In this document: piece by piece, positions 47,082-57,228 of the stretch | Numbering within the stretch: position 1 is the first letter of the stretch | Layout: every line of letters begins with the position of its first letter | From: a virus | Reading direction: 5' to 3' (one strand) | Length of the DNA stretch: 64,000 nucleotides | Virus record (IMG/VR): IMGVR_UViG_3300037245_001077 | Location: 64,001-128,000 of that record | The notes under the pieces: generated by a model | The model's input: the letters and a program-made list of their open reading frames with translations, nothing else | Databases searched by the model: none | Told to the model about the DNA's origin: nothing | Program-made: the position numbers and the translations under genes

Positions 47082-48185
47082 TTGCCAATGGCAACCCTTA
47101 AGGGTCGCGCCCAGCAAAGTTTATTTGCTGTTAAGAAAAGGGTGCGGTTGAGTCCTTTAACTGTAGGCGATGCTACGGCAATCGCTTTTACGGTTGTACG
47201 TTCTTCACCGCACGCTTTGCTGCGTGCAGCATATGCTTCTAAGGAAGCTAAAACCTTCCCTAAGAACCCCAATCAACGGGTGTTCTACAACGCGGTTAAT
47301 TCTGTTGTAGACCATCGTAAGGGGAGCCTATACGCTGCTTTCGTGACCTCTGTAGATGTGCGTGGGGTGTACAATGCAGACCGTTTTGCTACCTCATTGA
47401 AGCGTCTAGGTATTCTGGATGACCTTAAGGTAAAACTGACCGCAGATGGTTTTGGGGAAGCAGCTACGCTTATCTCAAACAAGGCTCCTTTCTTCTGGGC
47501 TGATCTAACAAGTCGGGAGATAGATACTGTTCGTAAAGAAGTGTCGGGTGTTGTACAACGAGTGGTCTCTAGGTTTAAAGAAGACATCGATGAAAAAGAT
47601 ATCGATGAGTTGATCGAGGCACAGGTATTTCGGTTAAAGCCCTCGACTCTCAGTCCTCGTGCTCAACTTCTTCATGGTGCAAGTCAGCTAGATGTTGGTG
47701 GGGGCTACCAAAGTATCTTCTTAAACCTTTTTCGTAAACTAGCACAAAATTCTAGGGTAACGTTACTAAACCAAAACAGTAGCCTAGAGGCCACTTTTGA
47801 GTCTTTCCATCAGCACTTGATGACTAATGCTTCGGCCTTACAACGGTTGTTACCTAAGGCAAAATTTGGGAAACAATCTTTAACGCCACAACAGCTTCAG
47901 CGATTGTTTCGTGATTCACAATTCACTCGCCAAATGAAGAAGGCGTTTGAGGCATCTTACGATAGCAAACAACACGCAATTCGAGTAGATGCTCTTTACC
48001 GGGGTATGCGCCGTTATCACGTTATGGTTGATCTACAACGAGCAGCAAAGTCGAAGCTAAGAAAAAATCTAAATGATGACGCAGTATCTGGTATACTAAG
48101 CAGCGTTGTCGGATTGTTTTTCGCCTTTGCAGGGGATACTAAAGGTCAATCATTCCCTGCTATGAAGTCAATAGCAAAGGGGTAA
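47082..48185 (+). CDS. Hypothetical basic head-module protein
   Basis: Between terminase and portal. Confidence 0.6.
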   Translation: MPMATLKGRAQQSLFAVKKRVRLSPLTVGDATAIAFTVVRSSPHALLRAAYASKEAKTFPKNPNQRVFYNAVNSVVDHRKGSLYAAFVTSVDVRGVYNADRFATSLKRLGILDDLKVKLTADGFGEAATLISNKAPFFWADLTSREIDTVRKEVSGVVQRVVSRFKEDIDEKDIDELIEAQVFRLKPSTLSPRAQLLHGASQLDVGGGYQSIFLNLFRKLAQNSRVTLLNQNSSLEATFESFHQHLMTNASALQRLLPKAKFGKQSLTPQQLQRLFRDSQFTRQMKKAFEASYDSKQHAIRVDALYRGMRRYHVMVDLQRAAKSKLRKNLNDDAVSGILSSVVGLFFAFAGDTKGQSFPAMKSIAKG

Positions 48186-48188
48186 TTC

Positions 48189-50006
48189 ATGCCTGAAAAT
48201 AAATTGATTCAGGGCTTTATGCGTATGACTGGGCTGGATAAGGTTATTCAGCGTGAAGTAGCTCTACGCGCACAGCTCGGGGGTATCCAAACTCAATTCG
48301 CTGGTGGTGATGACCTTGTTGGGGATTTGGCTACTATTGAAGAGGCCCTAAGTCAGTTCAATATGATTACCCGGATGCATCGTGAACGTAGGATGCGTTA
48401 TCGGGATTACGAAGCGATGGACAACTACGGAGACGTATCCGTAGCTTTAGATATCTATGCGGAAGAGGCTACTCAGACTGATCTCGTTAAGGACGAGAAC
48501 CTCTGGGTAACGGGTGACGATGCTCGTGCAGTAGAAGAGGTGCAAAAATTTCTTGTTAAGCACCGTATGCATACCCTGATCCAGGGGTTTGCTCGGAATC
48601 TTGCTAAGTATGGAGACATGTTCCTATCCTTGAGGTATACGTATGAGGGGATTGATCGTATTCTCTATCTTCCCCCGGACTATATCCACCGTATTGGCCC
48701 TAGTCTGGATCAGATTAAGCACTTCAAGCTGGAGCACCAGCTTGCCAAGGTTTCTCCCCGTCAAGATGGGCTGTTGCTCCCTTGGGAGTGTGTCCATTTA
48801 AGATTGCTTTCGTTCGGGTTCTCCACTCTTTATGGGCGTTCTATGATTGAGCCTGCACGTAAGCGTTGGTTGCACCTAAAACTTCTTGAAGATGCGGTTG
48901 CTATCTACCGTTTGAATCGGGCTGTTGAGCGGATCGTTTTCTACATCGATGTGGGTTCTGCTTCACCTTCTGAGTCTCTGCGGATTGTAAACACCTACAA
49001 ACGGAAGTTTGGAAATAAGCGTTCTTACATTGATCCGTCGCAGGGTACATTCGAGCAGCAGTATGACCCCCACAACATGTTGGAAAACATCTACTGGCCT
49101 GTGAATAGTGCTACTGAGCGATCTCGCATCGAGAAGCTGAACCCTCCGCCTGAGCAGGGACAACTTCAGGATCTTGATCACTTCAACGAGAAACTTTATG
49201 TGGCTCTAGGTATTCCGCGTGATTACCTAACTGGAGAAACTTCAGGAAGCTGGAATAGCCGGGAAGCTTTGGCTCTTCAAGATGTTCGATTCTCCCGTAA
49301 GCTACATATGCTTCAGATTGCTCTCCTAGAGGGCCTGGAGACCCTGTGCCGCTTCCACCTTGCTGTCCTGTGGGGCGATCCTGACAGAGCGGTAGCAGCT
49401 CGGTTTAATCTCCATCTAGCGGATATCTCTAAGGTAGCTCGCCAACAGTACGACACCGTTATGCTTAATCGTATCCAGCTCTTGACCATGATGAATGATC
49501 TTGGTACTCAAATGAGCTTTAACCGGGACGTGTGGGTACCGTTTGTTGTTGAGAACTTCTTCCCTGATATTCCGAAAGAAATGATTTCGCAGTTGATCAT
49601 CCCTGATGAAGAGTTGGCTGCGGCAGGAGATGAGTTAGACGCTATGAGAAATCCTCCTCCTGCTGCGGCAGCAGCTAAGAAACCTGCTGCGGCAGCAGCC
49701 AAGAAACCTGCTGCGGCAGCAGCCAAGAAACCTGCTGCTAAAAAGAAGAAGACTACTACTGAGGTTATCCGGCACACGATCATGAATGATTTGTTGAGCC
49801 GTAATCTCGTAGAAGATAAGGACAAAAAACTTTTAGAAGATCTCCTTGCTGTAAGTGGGACCATACAGGGTCCACAGGATTTCTCTTTTACTTTAGACCA
49901 CCCTGTAGAAATTCCACGGAAAGTTTTACAAGAGTTGGTGAAGCAACATTCGAGGAAGAAGAAGCCTAATAGTGTCCTCGTGGAGACAACCAATGGGGGT
50001 AAGTAG
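48189..50006 (+). CDS. Portal protein (T4 gp20-like)
   Basis: LLEDAVAIYRLNRAVER.VFYIDVG, KLY.AL.IP, DVRFSR motifs. Confidence 0.95.
   Translation: MPENKLIQGFMRMTGLDKVIQREVALRAQLGGIQTQFAGGDDLVGDLATIEEALSQFNMITRMHRERRMRYRDYEAMDNYGDVSVALDIYAEEATQTDLVKDENLWVTGDDARAVEEVQKFLVKHRMHTLIQGFARNLAKYGDMFLSLRYTYEGIDRILYLPPDYIHRIGPSLDQIKHFKLEHQLAKVSPRQDGLLLPWECVHLRLLSFGFSTLYGRSMIEPARKRWLHLKLLEDAVAIYRLNRAVERIVFYIDVGSASPSESLRIVNTYKRKFGNKRSYIDPSQGTFEQQYDPHNMLENIYWPVNSATERSRIEKLNPPPEQGQLQDLDHFNEKLYVALGIPRDYLTGETSGSWNSREALALQDVRFSRKLHMLQIALLEGLETLCRFHLAVLWGDPDRAVAARFNLHLADISKVARQQYDTVMLNRIQLLTMMNDLGTQMSFNRDVWVPFVVENFFPDIPKEMISQLIIPDEELAAAGDELDAMRNPPPAAAAAKKPAAAAAKKPAAAAAKKPAAKKKKTTTEVIRHTIMNDLLSRNLVEDKDKKLLEDLLAVSGTIQGPQDFSFTLDHPVEIPRKVLQELVKQHSRKKKPNSVLVETTNGGK
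49659..49739 (+). repeat. 24-nt tandem repeat (PAAAAAKK x3 plus partial) in the portal gene
   Basis: CCTGCTGCGGCAGCAGCYAAGAAA. Confidence 0.9.
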
Positions 50007-50338
50007 TGTCAGTAACCTATCAGAAGTTGGCCGGTCGAATTCAGAATGACCCAAAGGCCCTAGACTACACACAAACGCAGCTCATGATCCTGATGAACAG
50101 GGTTTTCTTTCACATTGGGGATGCGCTAGCTTCCGGTGAAGACGTATACCTTGAAGGCTTTGGTCGGTTTTACCCAGACTGTAAACCCCCAAGAAAGATC
50201 AAGTCGGGGTTAACGTCAGAAGAGCACTTGACAGAGTTCAAAGTATTTGTTAAGTTCAATGCGTTTAAACAGTTAAATATCCAAGTGCAAGAATTGATGA
50301 AACGCTTGGGTATAGAAGATTACCCAGAAGGAGAGTAA
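50006..50338 (+). CDS. HU/IHF-family DNA-binding protein
   Basis: I.DALASGEDV.LEGFG.F....R.......VKF...K.L. Confidence 0.8.
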   Translation: MSVTYQKLAGRIQNDPKALDYTQTQLMILMNRVFFHIGDALASGEDVYLEGFGRFYPDCKPPRKIKSGLTSEEHLTEFKVFVKFNAFKQLNIQVQELMKRLGIEDYPEGE

Positions 50339-50439
50339 AATGCTTCCGCACCAAAAGAACCCACAAAAAGAAGAAGAGCCGTTTACCACTATGGATAGAG
50401 AGATGGCTAAGGTCTACAAAGAGACCCATCCTCATTACG

Positions 50440-51264
50440 ATGAAGAAGATTACTACGGTACCAAAGCTGCACTTGAGCCGGATACTGAAGACGACGATGA
50501 CAAAGAAACTGCATGAAGCCAAGAATATTGGCGGTCATGCTGCGACAAAGAGTCCATGGCGACATCATGCGATAGTTGCCACTGTAAGTGCGGCCCTTCG
50601 CCCAGGTAGATCTCAAGCCCTACACGATGTAGGGCAGCGGATGATGTTCCCTCGTTTTGCTAGGCTTGAGGCCGAATTCCGTAGACAATTGACGGATACC
50701 TTCAAGACTATCACCACAAACGGGGAGATGAGCAACCGGAAGATAAAAAAGATCTTCCGGATTTTCTATACCCAAGCTTTTCAAATGGGGCAAGCTGTTT
50801 CCAAAGGGGGAATTAGCCAGAAGCTTCCTCCACTTAACAAGGAGGATAAGCGGTGGTTAGAAACCTACCTGCGGAAAGAGTTTGATCTGTGGAAAAAGTT
50901 CATGGGCGATGTCCGGGCCAAAAAAGGAAAGATGGATTACGACCAGCGTAAGGAGTTGTATGTTCAAAGCCTGAGATCCATGTATCACAGTTCTCGGGTG
51001 ATTGCTACACCACCTATGACATTGTTCTATTGGATGACCACTCCAGCGGAGCACTGTCCACATTGTTTGTACTTGCAGGCGAAAAGCCCGTACATAAAGG
51101 AAAATCTCCCTACGGTTCCCGCAAGTGGAGATACGCAATGCCAGAGCAATTGTCGCTGTCATCTACGGGCAGTTCAAGTTACCATCGTGGAATATCTTAG
51201 GGTCAAACAAAAAGCCCCGACTCGTCAGGAGCTTCTTCGGGGAATGCGTGCCCTCACCAGATAA
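50440..51264 (+). CDS. Head morphogenesis protein (Mu gpF/SPP1 gp7-like C-terminus)
   Basis: W.....EHCPHC...LP.VP.SG.TQC.SNCRCHL; next to the portal; start uncertain. Confidence 0.65.
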   Translation: MKKITTVPKLHLSRILKTTMTKKLHEAKNIGGHAATKSPWRHHAIVATVSAALRPGRSQALHDVGQRMMFPRFARLEAEFRRQLTDTFKTITTNGEMSNRKIKKIFRIFYTQAFQMGQAVSKGGISQKLPPLNKEDKRWLETYLRKEFDLWKKFMGDVRAKKGKMDYDQRKELYVQSLRSMYHSSRVIATPPMTLFYWMTTPAEHCPHCLYLQAKSPYIKENLPTVPASGDTQCQSNCRCHLRAVQVTIVEYLRVKQKAPTRQELLRGMRALTR

Positions 51265-51291
51265 GCTGCGGTATTCATTAACTGGTAGGAG

Positions 51292-51771
51292 TTGGATATG
51301 AATTTGGTTGAAAAGCTAGACGCCTTCCTCACAGACATGTTGGGGAAAGGGTTTTCTGGGGGTGAGATTGCGGAACTACTCCTATTTGAAGATTTTCAAT
51401 TATCGGAGACCGTAAAGCGTGTTCGCCGTAAAGTAAGTGGGATCAACGTTACTATACGTAAAGTGGGGCGTCCTAACCCCCTTAGATCTCAAAAAGCTAA
51501 GAGAGCTGCACGTGCCCACAGAGCTACTCGGGCAGCCGCTTCGCGTAGGTTCCAACGGTCTCCTAAGGCCAAGCAGATGCGTCGAGTGATGTCTCGGGTA
51601 CGGAAGACTAAGCCTAAGCGTCTTAGCCGTCCTAAGCGTCCAGCAATGCGGCGTCCTAAGCGTCCAGCAACCCGGCGTCCTAAGCGTATAGCGACACGGC
51701 GTCCTAAGCGTTCAGCGACACGGCGTCCTAGAGTGAAGCGGTATGGTCCTCCTCGTCGGCGTAGGCGGTAA
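51292..51771 (+). CDS. Protamine-like Arg-rich protein with acidic N-terminus
   Basis: RRPKR.A 7-aa (21-nt) repeats. Confidence 0.7.
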   Translation: MDMNLVEKLDAFLTDMLGKGFSGGEIAELLLFEDFQLSETVKRVRRKVSGINVTIRKVGRPNPLRSQKAKRAARAHRATRAAASRRFQRSPKAKQMRRVMSRVRKTKPKRLSRPKRPAMRRPKRPATRRPKRIATRRPKRSATRRPRVKRYGPPRRRRR

Positions 51772-51774
51772 ATT

Positions 51775-54700
51775 ATGAGAGTTGGGGACACTTTTCCTTC
51801 TAATGTTCGTTGGCGTTTCTATGACATCATGGAAATTGACCAAAAAGAATTTAGAAAACGCAGCAACCACAACGGTATTACCAAGTTGATGTGGCATGGC
51901 CTCTTCGGGGGCAATTCTAAAACTTTGCCCATGGTGTATGTCAACGGTATTCCCGCAGAAGAAACTCCTGACCGGGAGAAGTATCTCGTACTTCGCCCAA
52001 AGGGGAGAGAGGGGCTACTTTCGGCTACTGCCCTAGCAACTAAGCACGGGCATCTTCCTCGTAGCTTTTCTGCTTATCTTGTAGCGCCTTCTCCCGAGTT
52101 CTTTGAAAGTTTGTCAGTAAAAGCATATGGGCTTTGGCAGGACGTTGCAGATAGGAAAATAACTGCGAAAGCTGCTGAAGGAAAAATAGAAGACTTCGTT
52201 AACAGAGAAGCCGATAAGATTGTTTTAGGGCGAATAGTTATCCGGGCGAATAGCCGATCAACCAAAAGAGAGTGGACCTCCTTCCAGGTGAGCGCGGATA
52301 TGGGTAGCCGGGAAGTCATGCGTTGGGGAGGATTGGCTGTTGGTACAAGTAATTTTCCTGCACAAGAGAAAGCAAAGCTTACAACAGGGATTAGCCCCAG
52401 TAACCGAGAGCTAGATGTTCGTTCAGCGGTTACTCTAAACTATTATGCTGGGGCTTGGAAACTGTTCCAAAAGTTTGTGACCAGTCCTAGAACATCAGAG
52501 GGGCCTATAGCTCAACTCCATAAAGCTTTGAACGCTGGTTCGGTACGCGAAGGTTATGACACAGCAGACACGCCACACAAAAGAAAGCCTGAAGGGACGC
52601 CTGAGGTTCCTAAAGAAGAAGACAAGCCCACTTTCCGTAGACAAGAGTACAACCGCAGTAAGGTTGTTCCCTCTCGTCCCGTGACAGGTGGTGGGGATGC
52701 CGCTAATTTTGTCACCGCGAAAACGAGTGAAAAAGTATGGCAAAATGCCCAAGGGGTGTACATAGTCCCTAAGGATATGAACAGAAGGTCGATGGGGAGG
52801 CTACAGCCTGTTAGCACAGTGGCTCCTTTGGTTGAGACAAGTGAGTTCAAGGTAATCTTTGGGATTGTGTATGACCACCCACTGTTTAACTCTAGACTCA
52901 AAGACCAAATTTGGTGGTACTCTAACCGAAACCAGTTTATTGCTTCTGCCAAAGAATACGCCATGATGTTTGGAGATCAAGCGCACTTGGCCTATCGGAT
53001 TATCCCAAAAAGAGGGAAATTGGCCAATACGTACATCTCCAAGAACGTGTTTTCTTCACAGTTTACTAGCCCGGAAGTGAATGAAACTACGATTGAGCTA
53101 GGGCGTTTGGTACAATCTTTCATTCGAGCAGGGAAAGAGGGCCAACGGCAATACCCCGTTATAGTCCAAAAACGGTTAGGTATCACGGAAAAGGATATAC
53201 GTAACACGGACAAGGATGAGCGTCCAGAATCAGTTACTCCTGAAGCTTGGGTTCACTACTTACGTTGGGTTCGTAGGCAGACCAGAGGTGTTTTGGGGCT
53301 TAACATTATGGCCTCAATTCCTAAGAAGTATGTGGACCTTGATACTGGAAAACTCAAGCCTCTTCAATTCTCTCGGTATGACCAGAAAGCGCGTATTGGG
53401 CGTAAGAGAACAGAGCAGTTCACAGGAGAAAAAGACGCTAAGGGTAAGGCTATTGAGCCTTGGGGCCTTTACTTGATCCAGTACCTACTAGCTTACAAAG
53501 CCAACCGATCAATGTCGGGGGCTACGTTTATGATCCCGCTCAATGTTTTACGTGCTACTAAGGTAGAATTGTCTCCGCGTAATAGCTTAAAACGAATTGA
53601 TGCAATCTCGTTGAAGAAGCTATTACGAGAGCACTACAATAAATACCGTTTTCTGTCTAGTGGGAATTGGCATTTCATCAAAGCTGAAACACATCTTCAT
53701 TTTCCATTTGCACGATTGATTCGACCTATGGTTGTTGTTAGTAAGGAAAAACTGGATAAGATCAACCAAAAGATTAGCTATCCAGGGATCAGACGTACTC
53801 ATCATGGGTACGTAATTGATGGGATTGAGTACTCAGCTTACGCTATGGTAGTGGCTATGCCCCCATCAGTGGCTGACAAAGAGTTTGGGCTGTTGAATCG
53901 CCACGCATACGCACGCCAGATTATTGACGAACCAGAGATGGTGTATCGTCTACGGCGTACTATCCGAGGCCACCGCCAATCAATGCGGGACATGGGGTTA
54001 ACCAACGTTTATCTTAAGCTCCAAGGGTTAACAGATGAAGATCCAGATGTTATGATGGGTAAAAGCCCTGGTGTATCTTTCCACACGAAGAAGTCACTTG
54101 CCGGTACAGATCCTATAGACGTACTTGGGAAAACTTCAACGATTCTTCCTACGGATTACTACGCTAAGTTTAACGAAATTGGGAAGAGATGGGAACCTAT
54201 TATTAAATCGGTTCTTGATAGAGCAGGTAACGTTGTTAAACGTACTGTTATGGGGTACCAAAGTACTAATGATCTTGCACAAAAACACTCAGCATACATA
54301 CAGTACATCGAGGAAGTGATTAAACTTAACCCAGCAGTGCGTGGTTATCTCAAACGGTATCTTGCGGATCTGGCACGAGTAAGGGCTACTCCTGGGACAG
54401 AACAAGGGGAAATGGCTGCTGCTGCCGATATTTTTGTTAAGTATTTGGAGCGAGAAGTTAATCCTGGTTCAGGGAAACATTACCGGGTACCTACACTCAT
54501 TAACCGCTTAGGACTTACAGAGTACCACGCTCCTTGGGGTTCGGTACATGGTTCTTCTCAAATGATGACCACAAAAGCTCCTTCTGAAGATGTGGCAAAA
54601 TTGATTATTCTGCACCGACTACTTCGTCGTTCTGCTCAGAACAAAGCCGTAGGTCGGGTAATGAACGTGACGAGATTTAGGGGAAGAGGGAAATTGTTTC

Positions 54701-54885
54701 CTGATCTCCATGGACGTATTTTGGCACAATGGGCTTCGGCTAAGTTTATGGTGGTCGCAAGTCATGATCCTAAAGGAGTGCGTCGGATTGAACAACGGAG
54801 ATTCTATAGCGCCCGATCAAGAGAAGTTCAGCAGGCTGCCCCCATGGGAGACCATCGTTACGCTAAGATGCTACGGACAGATTAA
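51775..54885 (+). CDS. Large basic hypothetical protein (1036 aa)
   Basis: Long ORF, no recognised motif. Confidence 0.75.
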   Translation: MRVGDTFPSNVRWRFYDIMEIDQKEFRKRSNHNGITKLMWHGLFGGNSKTLPMVYVNGIPAEETPDREKYLVLRPKGREGLLSATALATKHGHLPRSFSAYLVAPSPEFFESLSVKAYGLWQDVADRKITAKAAEGKIEDFVNREADKIVLGRIVIRANSRSTKREWTSFQVSADMGSREVMRWGGLAVGTSNFPAQEKAKLTTGISPSNRELDVRSAVTLNYYAGAWKLFQKFVTSPRTSEGPIAQLHKALNAGSVREGYDTADTPHKRKPEGTPEVPKEEDKPTFRRQEYNRSKVVPSRPVTGGGDAANFVTAKTSEKVWQNAQGVYIVPKDMNRRSMGRLQPVSTVAPLVETSEFKVIFGIVYDHPLFNSRLKDQIWWYSNRNQFIASAKEYAMMFGDQAHLAYRIIPKRGKLANTYISKNVFSSQFTSPEVNETTIELGRLVQSFIRAGKEGQRQYPVIVQKRLGITEKDIRNTDKDERPESVTPEAWVHYLRWVRRQTRGVLGLNIMASIPKKYVDLDTGKLKPLQFSRYDQKARIGRKRTEQFTGEKDAKGKAIEPWGLYLIQYLLAYKANRSMSGATFMIPLNVLRATKVELSPRNSLKRIDAISLKKLLREHYNKYRFLSSGNWHFIKAETHLHFPFARLIRPMVVVSKEKLDKINQKISYPGIRRTHHGYVIDGIEYSAYAMVVAMPPSVADKEFGLLNRHAYARQIIDEPEMVYRLRRTIRGHRQSMRDMGLTNVYLKLQGLTDEDPDVMMGKSPGVSFHTKKSLAGTDPIDVLGKTSTILPTDYYAKFNEIGKRWEPIIKSVLDRAGNVVKRTVMGYQSTNDLAQKHSAYIQYIEEVIKLNPAVRGYLKRYLADLARVRATPGTEQGEMAAAADIFVKYLEREVNPGSGKHYRVPTLINRLGLTEYHAPWGSVHGSSQMMTTKAPSEDVAKLIILHRLLRRSAQNKAVGRVMNVTRFRGRGKLFPDLHGRILAQWASAKFMVVASHDPKGVRRIEQRRFYSARSREVQQAAPMGDHRYAKMLRTD

Positions 54886-55934
54886 TGGGTTTTTTGGTTA
54901 TCGAACGTCACGTATTTTACGCAGAGGGGAAAGAATATGCTGACCCGCGTTCTGCTGGGCAGACTCATCTCTTTTTGCGTCACCAACGTGTGCCTTGGGA
55001 AAATAGTTTCTACAAGAGCGTGGTATACCTTTCTGGTGCTCAGTTGTCTACTCCTCCTTCTAGTGGAGGACGTTCGGCTGGAATCGAAACCATGCGTGAG
55101 TACTTTTTGGGGAGTAAGAAATATGCTCACCCAAGACTTATCGTGGGGGATATCCATTCATCTAATGAAATTATGTCCAAGAGTCAGATCGGGCAACTTT
55201 TAGTAGGGTCATACGCTCGCCGGTACAGTGCTTTCGCTAGAGAACACACAATCCGAAAGCCTAAAGACAGAGGGAATGAGGGGTGGTTTGTTTTTGACCC
55301 CTCTCAACCTGGACGGAAAGCGTTGAAGCGGGATACCTACTTACGGTTGGCTAGAGCAGTAGTCAAGAAGATGTCTCCTAACAAAACTACGCGCCCTAAA
55401 ATGTACACAGGTAAAGATGGTCGTCGTCGGCGTTATGACACGGACAAGATTATTGTTTTGGGTATGGGGTATCGGTTAGCTTACTACCACGGTCCAACTT
55501 CTGAGTTGGCGGATATGGGAGCCGATAACAAGCTGCAACGTCGAGTTAACCAGTTCTTAAGTAAGCAAGCAGGCTCTGTAGGTGAAGCAGGGAAAGAACA
55601 GTGGTTCGTACTTGGGAAGTTCAAGACCGCGTATGCGAGTGTTCGTGCGCGTCCTACTCCTCATGGTAGACAGATGAAGGTTTTAACTTACCGTCAGGGT
55701 AAGGGTTTACGCCCAGTAGCTAGAGAAGAAAGTACAGCCATTAGGCCCCTGTTCATTGTTAACGCTAGGACAGAACAAGAAGCTAAAGAGGAGGCTCAAA
55801 AGCGTTTTTCGCAGATGATGGGTACAGATTCGGTCCAACGTCGGCAAGCTGTACTTCAACAGGAGAAGTGGGTTGATAGCGGAGAAGCTGTCATCCCGCG
55901 TAGAATATGGAACATGCACCGCTCAAACCATTAG
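54885..55934 (+). CDS. Basic hypothetical protein
   Basis: TAATG-coupled. Confidence 0.7.
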   Translation: MGFLVIERHVFYAEGKEYADPRSAGQTHLFLRHQRVPWENSFYKSVVYLSGAQLSTPPSSGGRSAGIETMREYFLGSKKYAHPRLIVGDIHSSNEIMSKSQIGQLLVGSYARRYSAFAREHTIRKPKDRGNEGWFVFDPSQPGRKALKRDTYLRLARAVVKKMSPNKTTRPKMYTGKDGRRRRYDTDKIIVLGMGYRLAYYHGPTSELADMGADNKLQRRVNQFLSKQAGSVGEAGKEQWFVLGKFKTAYASVRARPTPHGRQMKVLTYRQGKGLRPVAREESTAIRPLFIVNARTEQEAKEEAQKRFSQMMGTDSVQRRQAVLQQEKWVDSGEAVIPRRIWNMHRSNH

Positions 55935-56008
55935 AGGACTTCTCTTAAAAAGTTTGGTTCCTGAGGGTTTATTGTGTGTGGATGCATAGATTTGATAGGA
56001 GGATTGAC

Positions 56009-57228
56009 ATGAATCGCCCAATAGACACGCTCTACTATCAGTGGGTTGCTAATGAAGAAGACAAGCAGATCCCAACTGTGTTTGAAGAGATTACTGAAAT
56101 GGAAGACGCTGAGAAGTTCGATGACCTTCTAAGCGTGTATGCTGATGCCGTTGCTGCCCTGATCGAAGGGGAAGTAGCACATCGTGCGCTGATCGAAGAG
56201 TACATCACCCAGGCCACTTGTGACGAAGCATTGCAGGAAGCTGGCCAAGAAGAAATTGCCCAAGCCATCCAAGAGATGGAAGACGTTCAAGAGAGTGAAC
56301 AAGACGTAACCGCTTGCAGGAATTCTTTGGATATCCTGCACACTAGCCTCGTGAAAACGTTTGCTCGGGGCGAGTAAAACTGATGAATAAGAAACCGTTA
56401 GTTCGGGCGTCACAGATCACCAATGCTGAGGCTGTACGTGAGGCTCTAAATCGGCTACTATACGGCGACGATGAAGCGCCTAGAGACACGAAAGCTTACG
56501 GTTGGAACAAGCTCCACTATGATGAGGGGAGAGACGACATGAAGATGTGGTACGAAGAATTGCAGGACATTGATAAGGTCATTTCGGAAGCTGAAGAGGT
56601 TAACCCTACAGACCTACCCACGGGTGGGTTAGTAGAGAAGCTGGATGTCGCAGCAGAGAAATTGAGTAGTTGGTACGCAGCGGCTGTGCCTATTTACCAA
56701 AAGCGCATTCTCCATATTCGTTATGACGAGTTGGCAGAGCTTGCTGGTGACCTTCGTTCTGGAAAGATTAACTCGGCAGAAGCTCAAGCACGTTTTGACG
56801 ATGTGATGGCAGACGTTAGTGAGATTGTAGACTTTTCGAAGTTCATGGAGGGTTAAGCCATGCCGACCCTATCGTTTGATGGGTCGGTCTACTACTCTAG
56901 CGAGGTTGATCGTAGGGAGCTAGTAAGGCTTGCCCCGTCGTATGATGTTGATGTGCTCATGCAACGTGCTCGGTCTACTATCGTGGCCGCTGACGTTCAT
57001 GAAATCAACTTTACTGATTTGCCTAACAACAAGGCTACCAACATTCTTCTCTCTGTAGCAGAGGGGGATGTTGATGTGGCTATTACGGATGATAATTCCG
57101 TTGTCAGTACGTATAACCTAAAACCGTCAGGTATGATAATCTTGATGAATACGCTTGTTACGGACCTCACTATTACGGCTATTGCCGACTCCGTGTATGA
57201 CTTGATCGCTGCTGGGAAAGCATCATAA
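56009..57228 (+). other. Three small acidic ORFs (56009-56377, 56383-56856, 56860-57228)
   Basis: SD-bearing, in the head module. Confidence 0.6.
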
